Part shown: piece after piece, positions 12,646 to 25,430 of the stretch
Layout of the letters: each line of letters starts with the position of its first letter
Numbering within the stretch: the stretch's first letter is position 1
Source: the human T2T-CHM13v2.0 reference genome, Homo sapiens
DNA length: 64,000 nucleotides
Strand: one strand, 5' to 3'
Assembly: GCF_009914755.1 (NCBI RefSeq)
Contig: NC_060925.1
The notes under the pieces: generated by a model
What the model was told of the DNA's origin: nothing
Seen by the model: only the letters and a program-made list of their open reading frames with translations
The model's database searches: none
Program-made: the position numbers and the translations under genes

Positions 12646-15109
12646 GAAAACAAAGCCTAGCTCAAACTCTTAACACAAAGAAATATGTAACTAAGTCCAT
12701 TCTGGCCTCACTTTTCTCCTAAGTTCAAACCCATTCCAGCTTCCTAGATGGCATACTTTCTAATTCCCAAGGCTAGCTGAGTTTAAAATTATTTTATGGC
12801 TGCCAGTTCTGATTCCACCTCCACCCCTGTAACTCCCCAGACTGCCAAACTTGGCAGAAGTCTATGGACCAAATTTGCACGGAACAGGGTCCTTTCTTCC
12901 TGAGCTCTAAGCTTCCTCTCTAGACTGTATTCCATGCCCACTCAGACTTTACATCCTCCTGCCCCCTGGACCACTGCAGGTTCCTTTAATTACTCAGCCT
13001 AAGTAGGCCTTTTGTAGATTATCTCCCTCTCCATTCCTGGGACTATGTCATTAACCTGTCAATCTTTTTTTTTTATTTTTATTTTTTAATGTCAAAGGCT
13101 ATCTGATCTGACCATGGCAATTTGGAAAAGGCCTAAAATTCCCCCATGCTGCATATTTGATTTCTTTAGGGTCAAGACAATAGGAAAATGTAAGGCTTTG
13201 CAGGAACCCAATGGCAGCAGTTCTATAAAGCTGCTGTAGGTGTGAAAGGTACAAGTGCTATAGAAACTTTTGGCAGAATATTGAGAGACGCTGTATCTTT
13301 CTGCTAACAGAGGTCCACCATCATTGCAGCAGATGTACAATCATCATCTACTTTACCAAAACTTTCAAGAAAAATAACACGGTGATAGGACATATTCCTA
13401 GCTTTAAAACTTTGAAGCTCACAAAACTGATAGATTGACAGCCTTGGTATGGATCCAATCAAAGCTCTCTTGCCATAACTGTAACAAGAAAGGGGAGAAA
13501 ACGAATCACAAATATGGGAGACATATCTTAGCCTAACAGCTCATCTTCACGATGTGGCATTGTTAGTTGTATTTACCCCACGTTATGAAAAAAAAACAGA
13601 ATTTTAGGCAACTTACCAAAAGCCTTATAAAAGCCATTTTCCATAATAGGATAAACTAAATAAACAAGAAAGTTGGAGCAAAGAGACACAAAAAATTAGA
13701 AATGAAGATGAGGGCAGAAGCAAGAATAAGACATCAAAAACATTGATATGGCTGTAGAAGATAGGCTATATGTTTGGCTATGAGATTCCTAGAAGCCAAA
13801 GCAAAGAGAGAAAAGATCAGTTACAATTTCACAAAGTCTATAGAACTTTTTTTCCCTTTGGACCAGAAGTGGAAAAAGAAAACTGCCTATCAGTTTTCAT
13901 GAAATTGACACCGTGGTATCACAAATGTCAACATAAGCAGTGTCTCTATAAAATTCTGAAAGAGAATATTCCACATCTCTTACTGTATGCTGAGATCATA
14001 AAACTAACACTGAGAGCATAATACTAGTAGTACCACTTTTAAATAGGGTCCAAACAATGTGGCCAAAATCCATTTAAGTTGTTTATGAACAAGGCATATT
14101 TTCTTTTTATTAACTAAATTGAAAGATAAATAAGTGGGATCTTGCTACACAGTATCTGATGGTCTAACTTTTCTAAGGTAAAATCTTGAATTAAACAAAC
14201 TAATCTTTTTTATCAGTTTACTCATCTGTAAAATGGAACAATAATAGAATAATCTTATAGATTTATGTGAAAGTATTTTTGGAAAAATAAAATGCTATGT
14301 TCCAGAAGGCAGCATTCTTGTTATTCAGACATCAGTCAATCTTCGGCAAGGCAAAGAGGGAGGGAATACAATGTGTTTCTGTAATCAAACTCAAAGCTAA
14401 CAAAAGCCAGAACCAGGTTTTAGCAACATTAAACGAATTTATTTGACAGCAACATGGCATACTCAGCAACATTTCATTTAACTAATGGATCACATAGTTT
14501 CATTAAGTATCTATAGCACCATGAAAATTCATTACATAAACTCCTAGGGTATGAGAAAAAAACAAGTGCATAAACCTAAAATAATTCCATTAGTGTTTTC
14601 AATACTTGGGACCCCAGTTACATCCAACCTTCTAAAATTCTCACCTCTAATTTTACAAAAACATATCTACCAGTAGTTGGCAGAATGTAAAGCAGCAAGC
14701 TGTCCAAGGGGCTGGGCTGGAAGCCTGCCTGACTCCGCCATTGACTGCCTAGGTAAATTTAGACCTTTAAGCTCTTTCATCAGCCTTGGCCTCAATTTCT
14801 TCATCTGTAAAATGGGAATACCTTTTTATCTCGCTGGGCTTACAGGAGACCAAAATGCACAGAGCTATATAAATTGTCATAGCTGCTTGCCTTGTGTTCA
14901 GCTCATACTCTTCTCCCACCTCCCCTTCTCTCCTCATCCTCTTTTTCTCTACCCTCTCATACAGCTGCGTGTCTGTCTCCCCGGCAGGCCTTAAACTGTC
15001 CCAACCCCGAGTGGGAATGTGCCCTATACACCTTTGCATCCACACCAGCCCCCTGCACAGAGCCTTCCATGTTGTATTGGCTGGCAACAAATATTTAAAT
15101 AAGGAAACA

Positions 15110-15600
15110 AATTCACTGATTCATTGAACAAGTAGTTATTAAACACCTATTCTTTGATAGACCACTGTTCTAGATGCTCAGAAAGAAATAAAGATGATAT
15201 AATTCCAACTGCAAGGAGCTCAAATTATTAGGGAGGGAAAAAGAGACAGTGATTGCATGGCATGCTAACAGTTGGTATGAGAGAAATCATAGGATTCTCA
15301 GGAATGCAGAGGATAGGCACTGCCTCAACCTGGAGATGCTACAGGGTGGAGCAAGGCAGAGTTAACAGGGGGGATGCAGACGGAAGACTTCCAAGAAGAG
15401 GAGATCCTTGAACTGAGTTCAGGAAGACAAGTAAATGTTAGTCACCTTAAGAAGAAAAGCTGTGGATGATAGCATGAAACAGAGAGAAGACGTAATCAAT
15501 CCTGGGAACTCAAACAGCTCATCATGGCTGGGTAGCAACAAGAGGCAAGTCTGCAGAAGGAGAGATAGGCCAGAATGCAATGGGCCTGAATTCAGATCCT
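15110..15600 (-). mobile_element. L2 3' fragment
   Basis: cattgaacaagtagttattaaacacctattc...actgttctagatgct...gaagacttccaagaagaggagatccttgaactgag. Confidence 0.65.
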
Positions 15601-17439
15601 GCCAGTGAGGCGCTTGAAACGGATGCTGTAAACCCAGTGGTGTACAACCCAAGGAGGCCCGAAGAAAATCCACTGGGGTGGGGAGATCAAACTCTACAAT
15701 GCGTAAGATTATTTTTAGCTACAAAAATAAATAAAAGTTTATTCATTTAATATGCAGATTAACAGTAGCACATGTATGTACCATATTCCAAAATGCATAC
15801 ATTGGTGAAGACCTCAAAAATTATTCATTGATTCATTGACTACTCACAGGTGACAGGGGCCACCACAGTGGGATAACAGGGGAGCAATTGATACAGTTTA
15901 TGTTCTTACAAGATGGTGCTTGTCCAGGAATCACCCAGGGACCAAGGGCCAAGCAAAAGACTGCTGCATGAGGGGAGCAAATTTAAAAGCACATGTGCTT
16001 CCATTTTCTTTTCCAAAGAGGTCCTAGATAAATGAATCTTCAAAAAAAAAAAGGTAAAAAGCAAACATACCCAACTCTTTCAGAACACAGTCATTAAATC
16101 ACAGGTTCTGTCAATCAAATCAGGTCAGCACACATTTCCTAAACACTGACTCGGTGTAAGCAGACCCTGTAAATGCTGGAGGTACAGAGGGAGATTAAAC
16201 AAGGCCTGGCCACAGCTATAGCCTCCCAGGGCAGAGTCTGACCTCAGGTGCTCATCACATCTGCTCCCCAACACACGGATTCTAAAGGGGCACCTTCCTC
16301 ATTGGCCTTTTTAGCCATGATACCATTCCTCATTTTAACCCTACTCCATACCAGCCAGGTGAGGGGAGGAAGGCTTACTGTGTTTATTTGCTTTTGGAGA
16401 CTGAACGCCCTGTACTCATCCCCGTTTCCTCCACAGAGTGTTTGAGTAACACGAACTATTGCTATTCCCTAGGGTCTAGCAGAGAGAAAAGACAAGTATT
16501 TAACATGGGCCTCCCTGTGAAAGGGATTTTAAATAAACAAACGCCGCATTTGGCAGCTTCACCTGCTGATTTACCTAAAATATATACCGCCATTATTTAT
16601 TCTCCCTTCCACAAGCTGCATTTCATTATCTTCAAAGTTGACAATCAGAAAGAGAACAGAACCGACACCTGTAAGTACCAAGCCTAGGTGGTGCAACAGA
16701 TGACCCCAAGCTGCTCCACTTCACGAGTGCCCTGGGCAGGGACTCATCCTGAACCGTCTGCCTCTCAGTGACTGTCTGGGTCCCAGTGACCATCAATAGA
16801 TTTCCCCTGTAAGAGCCTTGCCCGCTGGACCCACTCGAGGTCCCTTCTAATAGATGCCACCTTCTCCTTCTGGAGGGAAGAGAAAGACAGGTGGCAGGCT
16901 TCCTCTCATCACTGATAACCTATTTTTCTTCTCGCTCTCCTCAAACATCATATTTTTACCACCTTCCTTTTGACAAAAAGGGCTATCATCTTCCTTTAGC
17001 TTGCTAATGATTTGCTAGTCCAATCTCAATTACTGTAAAATGGATACATGGATGGCTCAAATTTTCTCCACAAAAGGATCTGTGCTTGACGGGAAGCAAC
17101 CCAATTTCCACAATTATCTCCCTGACAAAAAAGCACACGCAACAGCAATAACCGTGTTTTCCTGAAGCCATAAATGAGAATGGATGCCCTGACAAAGGAT
17201 GTCTTTTTGTTGTTGTTTCCGGATTTGTGAATGTATTTATTGGAACCATCTCACAAAAACGTAAAAATTCAATCACACTTGGAAAGTAATGAGCAAAGCA
17301 GCAACATGGAAAAGCCTCCTCACTGTTTCACCCAGCAAACCACTACAAACTCAAACTCCCCTGCACAGGAAGCCTTCCCTGACCACCTTCCTGCACTCAC
17401 TCCTTACACACCACACCTCTACTTACAAGTAAGAGCACG

Positions 17440-17780
<341 letters not shown>

Positions 17781-17962
17781 GAATAAAGGTTAAGAGAACT
17801 TGGCATGACCCCTCCCACTACTTGGGTAGGGTTGGGCACGCTATTTAACTCCCCCAAGCCTGAATTTGTTCACTGCAAAATGCGATGACTGAATACATGC
17901 CACATCTAACTACAGTATTAAATGATGTAATCCACATAAAATGTTTATCTCACAGTGGTAAG

Positions 17963-18270
17963 TGCTGGTGGAAAGCAGAGAAATGCCCTTCCCCAAAGAT
18001 GCTCAAGCCCTAATCACTGGAACCTGATGTAGACGACTGAGATAATGAAAACTGGGGCTTTTGAACTCCTGAGATTTAGATGACATTTGAGGTTTTGAAC
18101 AGAAGAGACCAGAGAGATCCTGGGATGGGGGTTATATACTGCATGAAGGATGAAAGTTGATCTTTGGGTGGGAGGGCTGACAGTGGTAGACAGAATGGTG
18201 ACCCCCACAGATGCCTCCTCCCTAGCTTCTGGAGCCTGTGAACATGTTGTCCGTCACATGGCAAAGGAGT
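17963..18270 (+). mobile_element. MLT1 (D/E-like) remnants: LTR start, internal 3' end, second LTR start
   Basis: Two LTR 5' ends (ccccaaagatgctcaagccctaatcactggaacctg; gtggtagacagaatggtgacccccacagatg) flank a purine-rich internal end. Confidence 0.6.
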
Positions 18271-18976
18271 TGTATGTGTTACTGCCCTGCTGCTTGCTCT
18301 GCCTTTCGCCCCAGTCCAGTCCCAGCTGGCTGGGCCTGGGACAGATCTCTCCCCAAGGACAATCTGCTGCCTGACCAGCAGTCACAGCTCAGCCTGGCAG
18401 AAAGAACTACATCCAAGTTGGATATATAAGAGGATATGCACAGTCTCTCTTTCAAGAATTTGAATTTGTCAGTTCAGACTCTATCCACTGGTAGAGAGAC
18501 TAGAAGTGAAAAGATGAACAGGGAGAAGCCAGGAGGCAGCAAGGCCAAGACCCAGCAGAAGTTGTGAGTTAGCAGAAGTGAGCACTAGCAGAAGCCACTA
18601 GGTAGAAAAACAAACAAACAAAAAAAAACAGATAATTAGGAAGGGGAAAGAGAGAGATCATTTTCAGTAGAAGTAGAAACTGAAGGCACCCAATGGCAGG
18701 GAGCAAACAAAATCCTGTGCAGTGGGAACAACATGATACCTAATCCCAAGAGATACCCAGGATTCTTCCTGTTAGAAAGTCATACCCAGTGTTCACGAGG
18801 CCAGGCTCTACGGCTATTCCTAACTCCAGAAAAACTCCCCCCTGCCTTACTGCTACGCATGGCTTTACAATGTCATAGTCCTCCTTATTGTGGGGGACTG
18901 CAACAAACAGCCTGAAGCTCCTACTCTGATGCACGTAACTATACCTGTCATCGGAACCCTTAAATATATCACTGTT

Positions 18977-19378
18977 TGTATTAGTCCATTCTCGTATTGC
19001 TATAGAGAAATACCTGAGGCTCGGTAATTTATAAGAAAAGAGGTTTATCTGGCTCATGGTTCTGGGGAGGCTTCAGGGAGCTTTTACTCATAGCAGAAGG
19101 GAAGGTAAAGCAGGAGCAGGCACTTCACGTGGTGAAAACAGGAGCAGGAGAGAAGGTGGGGGAGGTGCCTCATACTTTTAAACAATCAAATATCCTGAGA
19201 ACTCACTCACTATTGTGAAGACAGCATCGAGGGATGGCTCTAAACAATTCATGAGAAATCCACCTCCCCCCCACACCCTCCCCCGCTTCCAGTCACCTCC
19301 CACCAGGCCCCACCTCCAGTAGTGGAGATTACAGTTCAACATGAGATTTGGGCAGGGACACAGATCCAAACTATACCA
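18977..19378 (-). mobile_element. MST (MSTA/B) MaLR solo LTR
   Basis: tgtattagtccattctc...ccaaactatacca; perfect TSD ctgtt at 18972-18976 and 19379-19383. Confidence 0.92.
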
Positions 19379-19429
19379 CTGTTATCTGGTGTCTGACAAA
19401 GAAAAGCCATGAGCATCACCGTCTCACGG

Positions 19430-19635
19430 ACTTGCCCTGGGAATTCAAACTGTGGCTCCACCAAGTCCCAGATATGTGACCTTAGGCAAATCTCTTGAAG
19501 TCTTTGAGCCTCCCTTTCTACCTCTGTAAAGCAGGGAAAATGGTACCTTACCCATAAGCGTTGCTGAGTAGAATAAATAAGGTAATATATGCAAATTGCC
19601 TGGTACTAGAGAAGGTGTTCATTACATATTGTTTG
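19430..19635 (+). mobile_element. MIR
   Basis: tgtgaccttaggcaaatctcttgaagtctttgagcctc...ctgtaaag. Confidence 0.75.
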
Positions 19636-20039
19636 CCTTCCCTTCCCTCTATTTCATTTGCATATACTTCTTTGGAATGGAAAGAAAGGTGTTTCTGATA
19701 TTTATTTGCTATACCATATAACTATTGATTACGTAATCCATACTTCTCAAAATGAGTTAGGAAACAATTATTAATACCAAAAAATTATTTCTCCTATGAT
19801 GAGAAATCTGATATGTTCACTTAGCCTGATCTTCAGGCTCTAGTTCGGCAAATCTCCCCAAACTCACAACTCAGGTCAGCATCCTTATGTGAAAAACAAG
19901 CTATAAGCAGACTGGGTTGGTCACAGACCCCAGAGCACACCTTGGTTATCCAATAACACACTTCCTCACCTATTCAAACTCAGCTCAGCTTTGGAGGTGC
20001 CAGCGGGAAACTGATGACACATTCACATTAAGATTATTT

Positions 20040-20495
20040 CTGAAGACTTAATAATATTTACACGTGAGTGGGCTGCATTGAAGAGAAACCCCAAAGGACA
20101 GTGCAGTGTCCCAGGGAGAGAAGAGCAGAACTGTTACCTCTTCTAGGCCTGAAGGAATGAGAGGAGGGAAAGGCTACCAGACCAGGAGGGAACCCTGTAG
20201 AGAAAATTCCTTAAAGGAGCAGTGACTTTCAGTCTAGGAAGCAGCAAACCCAAGGCCAGCTAGCAGGGAGAAAGAAGCTGAAAAGGGAAATCAAAAATAC
20301 AGAGACTTTTCTCTCCTTTTTTCTCCTCAGCCTCCTGCTAGGACCCAGCACTGGCTAATCCCCGTAAGTGGCCAAAGGGTCAGGAGGCCCACACATGAAA
20401 GAGGGATGGATGCAGTCCACACAGGTCAGCTTCCCAGAGCAGGAGAATAGGGCAGAGAGAGCCCCTGGAGGGGTGAGCAGAAGACAACCAAAGGC
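20040..20495 (-). mobile_element. Old ERVL LTR (LTR33-like)
   Basis: gatgcagtccacacaggtcagcttcccagagcaggagaatagggcagag...ctggagggg resembles an LTR33 terminus. Confidence 0.6.
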
Positions 20496-20634
20496 CCAGG
20501 TGAAGCCCTCCCGCTCCAGGAAGAATTTCCTATCACAGCCTATATTCTTCAAAATTCCCAAGGAACTGCATGCTTCTATGTCTCCTGTAACAGAGCATAA
20601 AACAGAAGGGAGAAATGAAGAAAAGAAAACAATG

Positions 20635-20937
20635 GGCCAGGCGCAGTGGCTCACACCTGTAATCCCAGCACTTTGGGAGGCGGAGGCGGGCAGATCACGA
20701 GGTCAGGAGATCGAGACCATCCTGGCTAACATGGTGAAACCCTGCCTCTACTAAAAATACAAAAAATTAGCCGGGCGCGGTTACGGGTGCCTGTAGTCCC
20801 AGCTACTCAGGAGGCTGAGGCAGGAGAATGGCATGAACCTGGGAGGCAGAGCTTGCAGTGAGCCGAGATCGAGCCACTGCACTCCAGCCTGGGCGACAGA
20901 GCAAGACTCCGTCTCAAAAAAAAAAAAAAAAAGAAAA
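20635..20937 (+). mobile_element. AluY
   Basis: Y diagnostics (gatcacgaggtcaggagatcgagaccatcctggctaac, gaatggcatgaacc, gagcttgcag); 17-bp TSD aagaaaagaaaacaatg. Confidence 0.96.
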
Positions 20938-20954
20938 AAGAAAAGAAAACAATG

Positions 20955-21200
20955 ACTTTCATGAGAACCTACTAGGCTTCACGTTCTGTGCTAAGCAGTG
21001 TATACATTCCCCATGCTGTTACTTCTTTACAATCTGGGAAGGTAAGTATGATTATTCCCATTTTGTAGTGGTGGAAACACAGGCACAGAAGTGATAAAGT
21101 ATCAAGTCCCGGGTCCCACTCCTATGGTAAATCCAGATCTAGAACCCAAGTGTATCTGATTCCAAATATCACACTGTTTCCATAAAACCATACTGCCTTC
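20955..21200 (-). mobile_element. MIR
   Basis: attattcccattttgtagtggtggaaacacaggcacaga...gaacccaagtgtatctgattccaaa. Confidence 0.75.
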
Positions 21201-21805
21201 ATAAATTGTCACTCCTTATCTACCTATATCTTGCCCTTCAATGAGCCTGAGGGCTACCTGAAGGCATAGATGGTCTTCTATTTCTCTTGCATCTTCCTTT
21301 GCCTTTGTTCTAATAAGATGCAAGAAAGCTCCACATATATATTAGCTGATAAATAAAACCACAAAATCTTTGAAATCCCCACAATACTATTTTTTTCTCA
21401 GTTTAAAAATACCCTGTTTTGCCAAACACTCAGAAACTTCTTTTCTCTCTTAGAACAGGCTTTTTTTTTTTTTTTTTTTTTTTACACACATCTTATATTG
21501 GGATTCACAGCTCATCACTCCCACAAGAAATCCCCCCAGGCTCCTTGTCTGTTCAGGCAAGCACTTGGTAAATTCGGAAAACAGTTTAGATTCATTTCTG
21601 CTTGCCAAGTACAAGGCTTCTGGGTAGCCTGCTCTTATGCGAAGCTTTAAAAGAAATATTATAGTCATTTACTTAAGCATATCTAACAACATTTTTAAAA
21701 ATGGACTCTTTGGATGAAGTATTACTAATAATAAAAACAATAAAATAATTAATGATACGACCATGGCAGCTCTGTATATTTGATATTATGTGAGTGCAAT
21801 CTTAC

Positions 21806-21873
21806 CTGGTGAGAATTTCTAAAAGCTCCCAAGGGCCTTTCTGACATTTCATCATTAACTCCTTTTGCCTTCT
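21806..21873 (-). other. Candidate 68-nt non-coding DAB1 5'UTR exon
   Basis: Acceptor gctcacctttgctaccctgcag| and donor CAG|gtaaga on the DAB1 sense strand; a 91-nt GTGAGT..CAG intron lies upstream. Confidence 0.45.
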
Positions 21874-22416
21874 CTGCAGGGTAGCAAAGGTGAGCTTGTG
21901 TAGGCTTCAAGCGGAGGTTGAGGCCTGAGGCCCAAACAACTCGCTTTCTCCACTCCACACTCACCTCCCATTTAACAGGAAGACAACAAACCTTGTCAGA
22001 ACATAGCAACAGTGAAAGGAAAGGATCTTGCAGTTTTTTAGGAGGGTCCCCTCGGGTCCCTCTTTGTGCACTCATTTGACATTTCCTTTCTAACAACGAC
22101 TGTCATGGTTTGCCAAATACCTTCTCTTTTGTGCTTTCATTTCATCTTCATGGTGCTGTCCTCATTTTACCATGGTTGGAGATGATATAAGCCACAGATT
22201 TTCCAGCTAAATAGGACTGGACTCCATGCCTTTTGAGTCCAAGATCTCTTCTGTACCTTGTAAATACCACCTGACTTCTGGCTCTATATTATGCTACCTT
22301 AATTAGATTATCAGCCCTAGTACAGGTACTGCCACCCTGAATGATAGTGAAAGAGCAGGACCTCTTGCTAGTAGGTGAGTTGCCCACAATCTTCCCCACT
22401 CCTCCCCAGCTGGTGA

Positions 22417-22907
22417 GACCACACCTCCTTCACCATCTGTTGAATCTAGACCGCACCTCCCAGACCACACCTCCTTCTCCATCCGCTGAGTCTAGGCCAC
22501 ACCCTCTTTCCCTTTCTGTTGAATCTAGGCCACACTCCCTTTCCTGTCTGTTGAATCTGGACCACACCCCGTTTCCTGTCTGCTGAACCTAGGCCACACC
22601 TTCTTTGCCTGTCTGTTGAATCCAGACCACATCCCCTTCCCTGTCTGTTGAATCTAGACTACACCCCCTTTCGTATCTGTTGAATCTAGGCCACACCTCC
22701 TTTCCTGTTTGTTGAATTTAGGCCACACCCCCTTTCCTGTATGTTGAATATAGACCATACTCTCTTCCCTGTCAATTCAATCTAGACCACACCTCCTAGA
22801 CCACCTTCTTTCCCTAGCTATGGAATCTAGATCACACCTCCCAGACCAGGTCTCCTTCTCCATCTGCTGAATCTAGACTACACCTCCTGTCCAATCTGTT
22901 GAATCTC
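22417..22907. repeat. 32-bp-unit minisatellite, about 14 units (consensus ~gaatctagaccacacccctttcctgtctgtt)
   Basis: gaatctag-like anchors at about 22442, 22488, 22521, 22553, 22585, 22618, 22650, 22682, 22714, 22746, 22778, 22823, 22869, 22901. Confidence 0.95.
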
Positions 22908-23894
22908 TGCACCTTTGCCCAGCCACCTGATGAGAGCTGTGGGGTCACTAACCTGAATAATAGTGCTTTTTCCCTCTCTGGAGGGAACTTTAACCTTAGC
23001 TCATTAAAATTTACAGTCTAAATTAAAAGTATTCTTTAGAGATAAAAAGACCAAAATAAAGATAACAGAATACTAAATGGCTTCCAAGAGCCAAACTAGT
23101 AGGTCAGTTCATCCAGATTTGTAATTGAGTTATCCCTAAAAAATGAGCCAGCCTTGATTAGGTGCCCATTAGCTTTCAGCTTCCAGAGAGCAGCAAGCTA
23201 GTCCTGCAAACAGTCATTCTCTTGACATCTGTGATTCTCTAGATATTACCAGTTAACGTCCATGCAAGGAGGAATGGATATATGATCAGAAGAAGCATGA
23301 AAAGATCTCCTCCTCTCAGGAATTCCAGGGGGAAACACCCACAGAAAATCACAAGGCTGAAAAAAACTGGTATATCAAATACTCCTTTGAAAAATTTTAT
23401 GAAAGCTGTGAACACTTTCCCAAAGCTCAAGTCAAGAACTTAACATGTAAAGTGGGGATTTAAAAAAAAATTCAAAAAGGAAACAAAAACCCAATATGTT
23501 TTAAAAGCACAATTTAAAAATTGTCAGTACTATGTGCACTGACTTTTCATCTTCTAACTTTTATCCAATCATTCTGGTGGCATATTGCCACAAAATCACA
23601 GTAAAATAAGAAATGGCTTCTAATAATAAGAAGACTGAATGGCTAAAAAGTACTTTTCCATCTGTGTATCCAAATGAAGTTCTCTCAATACCCTCAGAAA
23701 AACACAAAATAGTAATCTCAGTGCTCATTTTAAAGACTGAGCAACTGAGGCTCTGGGAAGGAAACTGACTTACCCTGAGGTCCAGTACTGGTAAATGGCT
23801 GTAACCAAGCTAAGATCAAAGTCTTTAGGCTTCTAGTCTAGGGCTTTAAAGATGAAAAAAAAACTCGGATATCAGCTAGACCCATAGCCTAGAG

Positions 23895-24110
23895 CAAGCT
23901 TGTCCAACCAGCACCCTGACAGCCACATGTAGCCCAGGGTGGCTTTGAATGCGGCCCAACACAAATTCGTAAACGTTCTTAAAATATTATGAAATTTTTT
24001 TGTGACATTTTTTAGCTCATCAGCTATCATTAGTGTATTTTATGTGTGGTCCAAGGATATTCTTCTTTTTCCAACGTGGCTCAGGGAAGCCAAAAGATTG
24101 GATACCCCTG
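23895..24110 (-). mobile_element. MER30 hAT-Charlie MITE, inserted in a MIR-rich stretch
   Basis: caagcttgtccaacc...gaagccaaaagattggatacccctg; perfect 8-bp TSD gcctagag at 23887-23894 and 24111-24118. Confidence 0.93.
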
Positions 24111-24949
24111 GCCTAGAGTCTTTACTTTGCAGATGAAGAATGATCTTAGAAAGATCGAATGCTTTGCCTGAAGTTACACAATGAGTGAGTTACACACATC
24201 AGTTAGCTAGGTCACCTGATCTTTAGTCCACTTCTGAGACCACTGTGGTCCACTGAGCCCATCGTTCATAACATCTGTCGCAGAGAATACTTCCATATGA
24301 TTTGTATTATTAGGCAATTTCTGGCTTCATTCACTTTTAGGATTTCTGCTCCAAAATAAGTTTGTTTTTAAACATTTCAAAAAGCATAAAAGTGTCTTTT
24401 AAAAGAATTAAAGCATGATAAGACTTCTGCCCACACTTTAGAGGGAGCCCTTTGTACATAACATAATTTACCAAAACTCAGGTAACATAACTTACCAAAA
24501 CTCAATGTTTTCTAGCATTCTAGGAAACATTTTCCTAGAACTCCAGGCACAGGCACAGGCAAGAAAGAACTCAGACACAGAAGAAGTAACTCAGCAGCTG
24601 AAAGCAAACAAACCCCAACAACCTGGGCAAATTAATTTCTAGTAAAGAGCTCTACTCAGAGATGAAAAAAAAATTAAGTTAAATACTACATTACCCATGT
24701 TGATCATGCTGCAGAGCAAAGCTCCAGAACAGACAGCCCTCCTGGCCCTTGTGGGAGCTCAAAGCCACCCCACAAAGAAGGAAGGACAAAGTACACAGCT
24801 GAGATCACAATTAGTGACTTTCAGTGATCACAAGAGAAGGAGTTGGGCAAGGAGCAATCAATCACATGGGGGGATGCAGTTTAGTGTTCTGCCACAAACA
24901 TCATCAGGGCAAGAGGCATTCATGCACAGACCCCCGCCACTCCAAACAC

Positions 24950-25430
24950 GTTTATTTACTCTTTCAATCAATGCATAGTATAATTTACAGACTGCCAGCT
25001 GTTTACCATACATTGTTCAGTTCTGAGGACACAGCTTATGTTCTAGTGAAGGTTGGTGGACAATAAATCAATCAAGTCTATCAAGTATACAATGTGTCAG
25101 GTATTGGTAAGTGTTATGAAGAAAAGTAAGGATGGGAGGGCTATAAGAAGTGCTGGAGGGGAGTAAGTCTTTTTAATGAGTAGTTAGCAAAGGCCATACG
25201 GAGATGACATTGGAGCAAAACTTTTAAGAGGGTGAAGGTGTGTGCCATGCAGAGATCTGGGGGAAGAACATTTGAGGCAGAGGGAACAGCAAGCCCCAAA
25301 AACTCTGAGGCAGAAATAAGCCAAGCACTTTCATCAAAGAACAGTGGAGATACTAGTATGGGACACAGAGGAGAGGGAAAAAGAAGTAAAGGATGAGATC
25401 AACAAAGTGGATACCAGAGCTGGGCCCTAG
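24950..25430 (-). mobile_element. L2a 3' fragment
   Basis: ggtaagtgttatgaagaaaagtaag...gccatgcagagatctgggggaagaacatttgaggcagagggaacagcaag. Confidence 0.85.

Noticed and set aside
15040-15200. Tail-to-tail L2 (and MIR at about 49.4 kb) junctions as miRNA-like hairpins
   Set aside because: The arms are too diverged to show a convincing stem by eye.
21880-21889. Plus-strand 10-nt microexon (ctctgcag|ggtagcaaag|gtgagc)
   Set aside because: Antisense to DAB1 and largely explained as the mirror of the minus-strand signals (palindromic CTGCAG; gtgag is the complement of the branch ctcac).
22417-22907. CRISPR-like array
   Set aside because: Eukaryotic context and head-to-tail degenerate units without unique spacers; it is a minisatellite.
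24458-24505. Short imperfect duplications (aacataa-ttaccaaaactca; also about 40480-40540)
   Set aside because: Ordinary slippage in AT-rich DNA with no functional cue.
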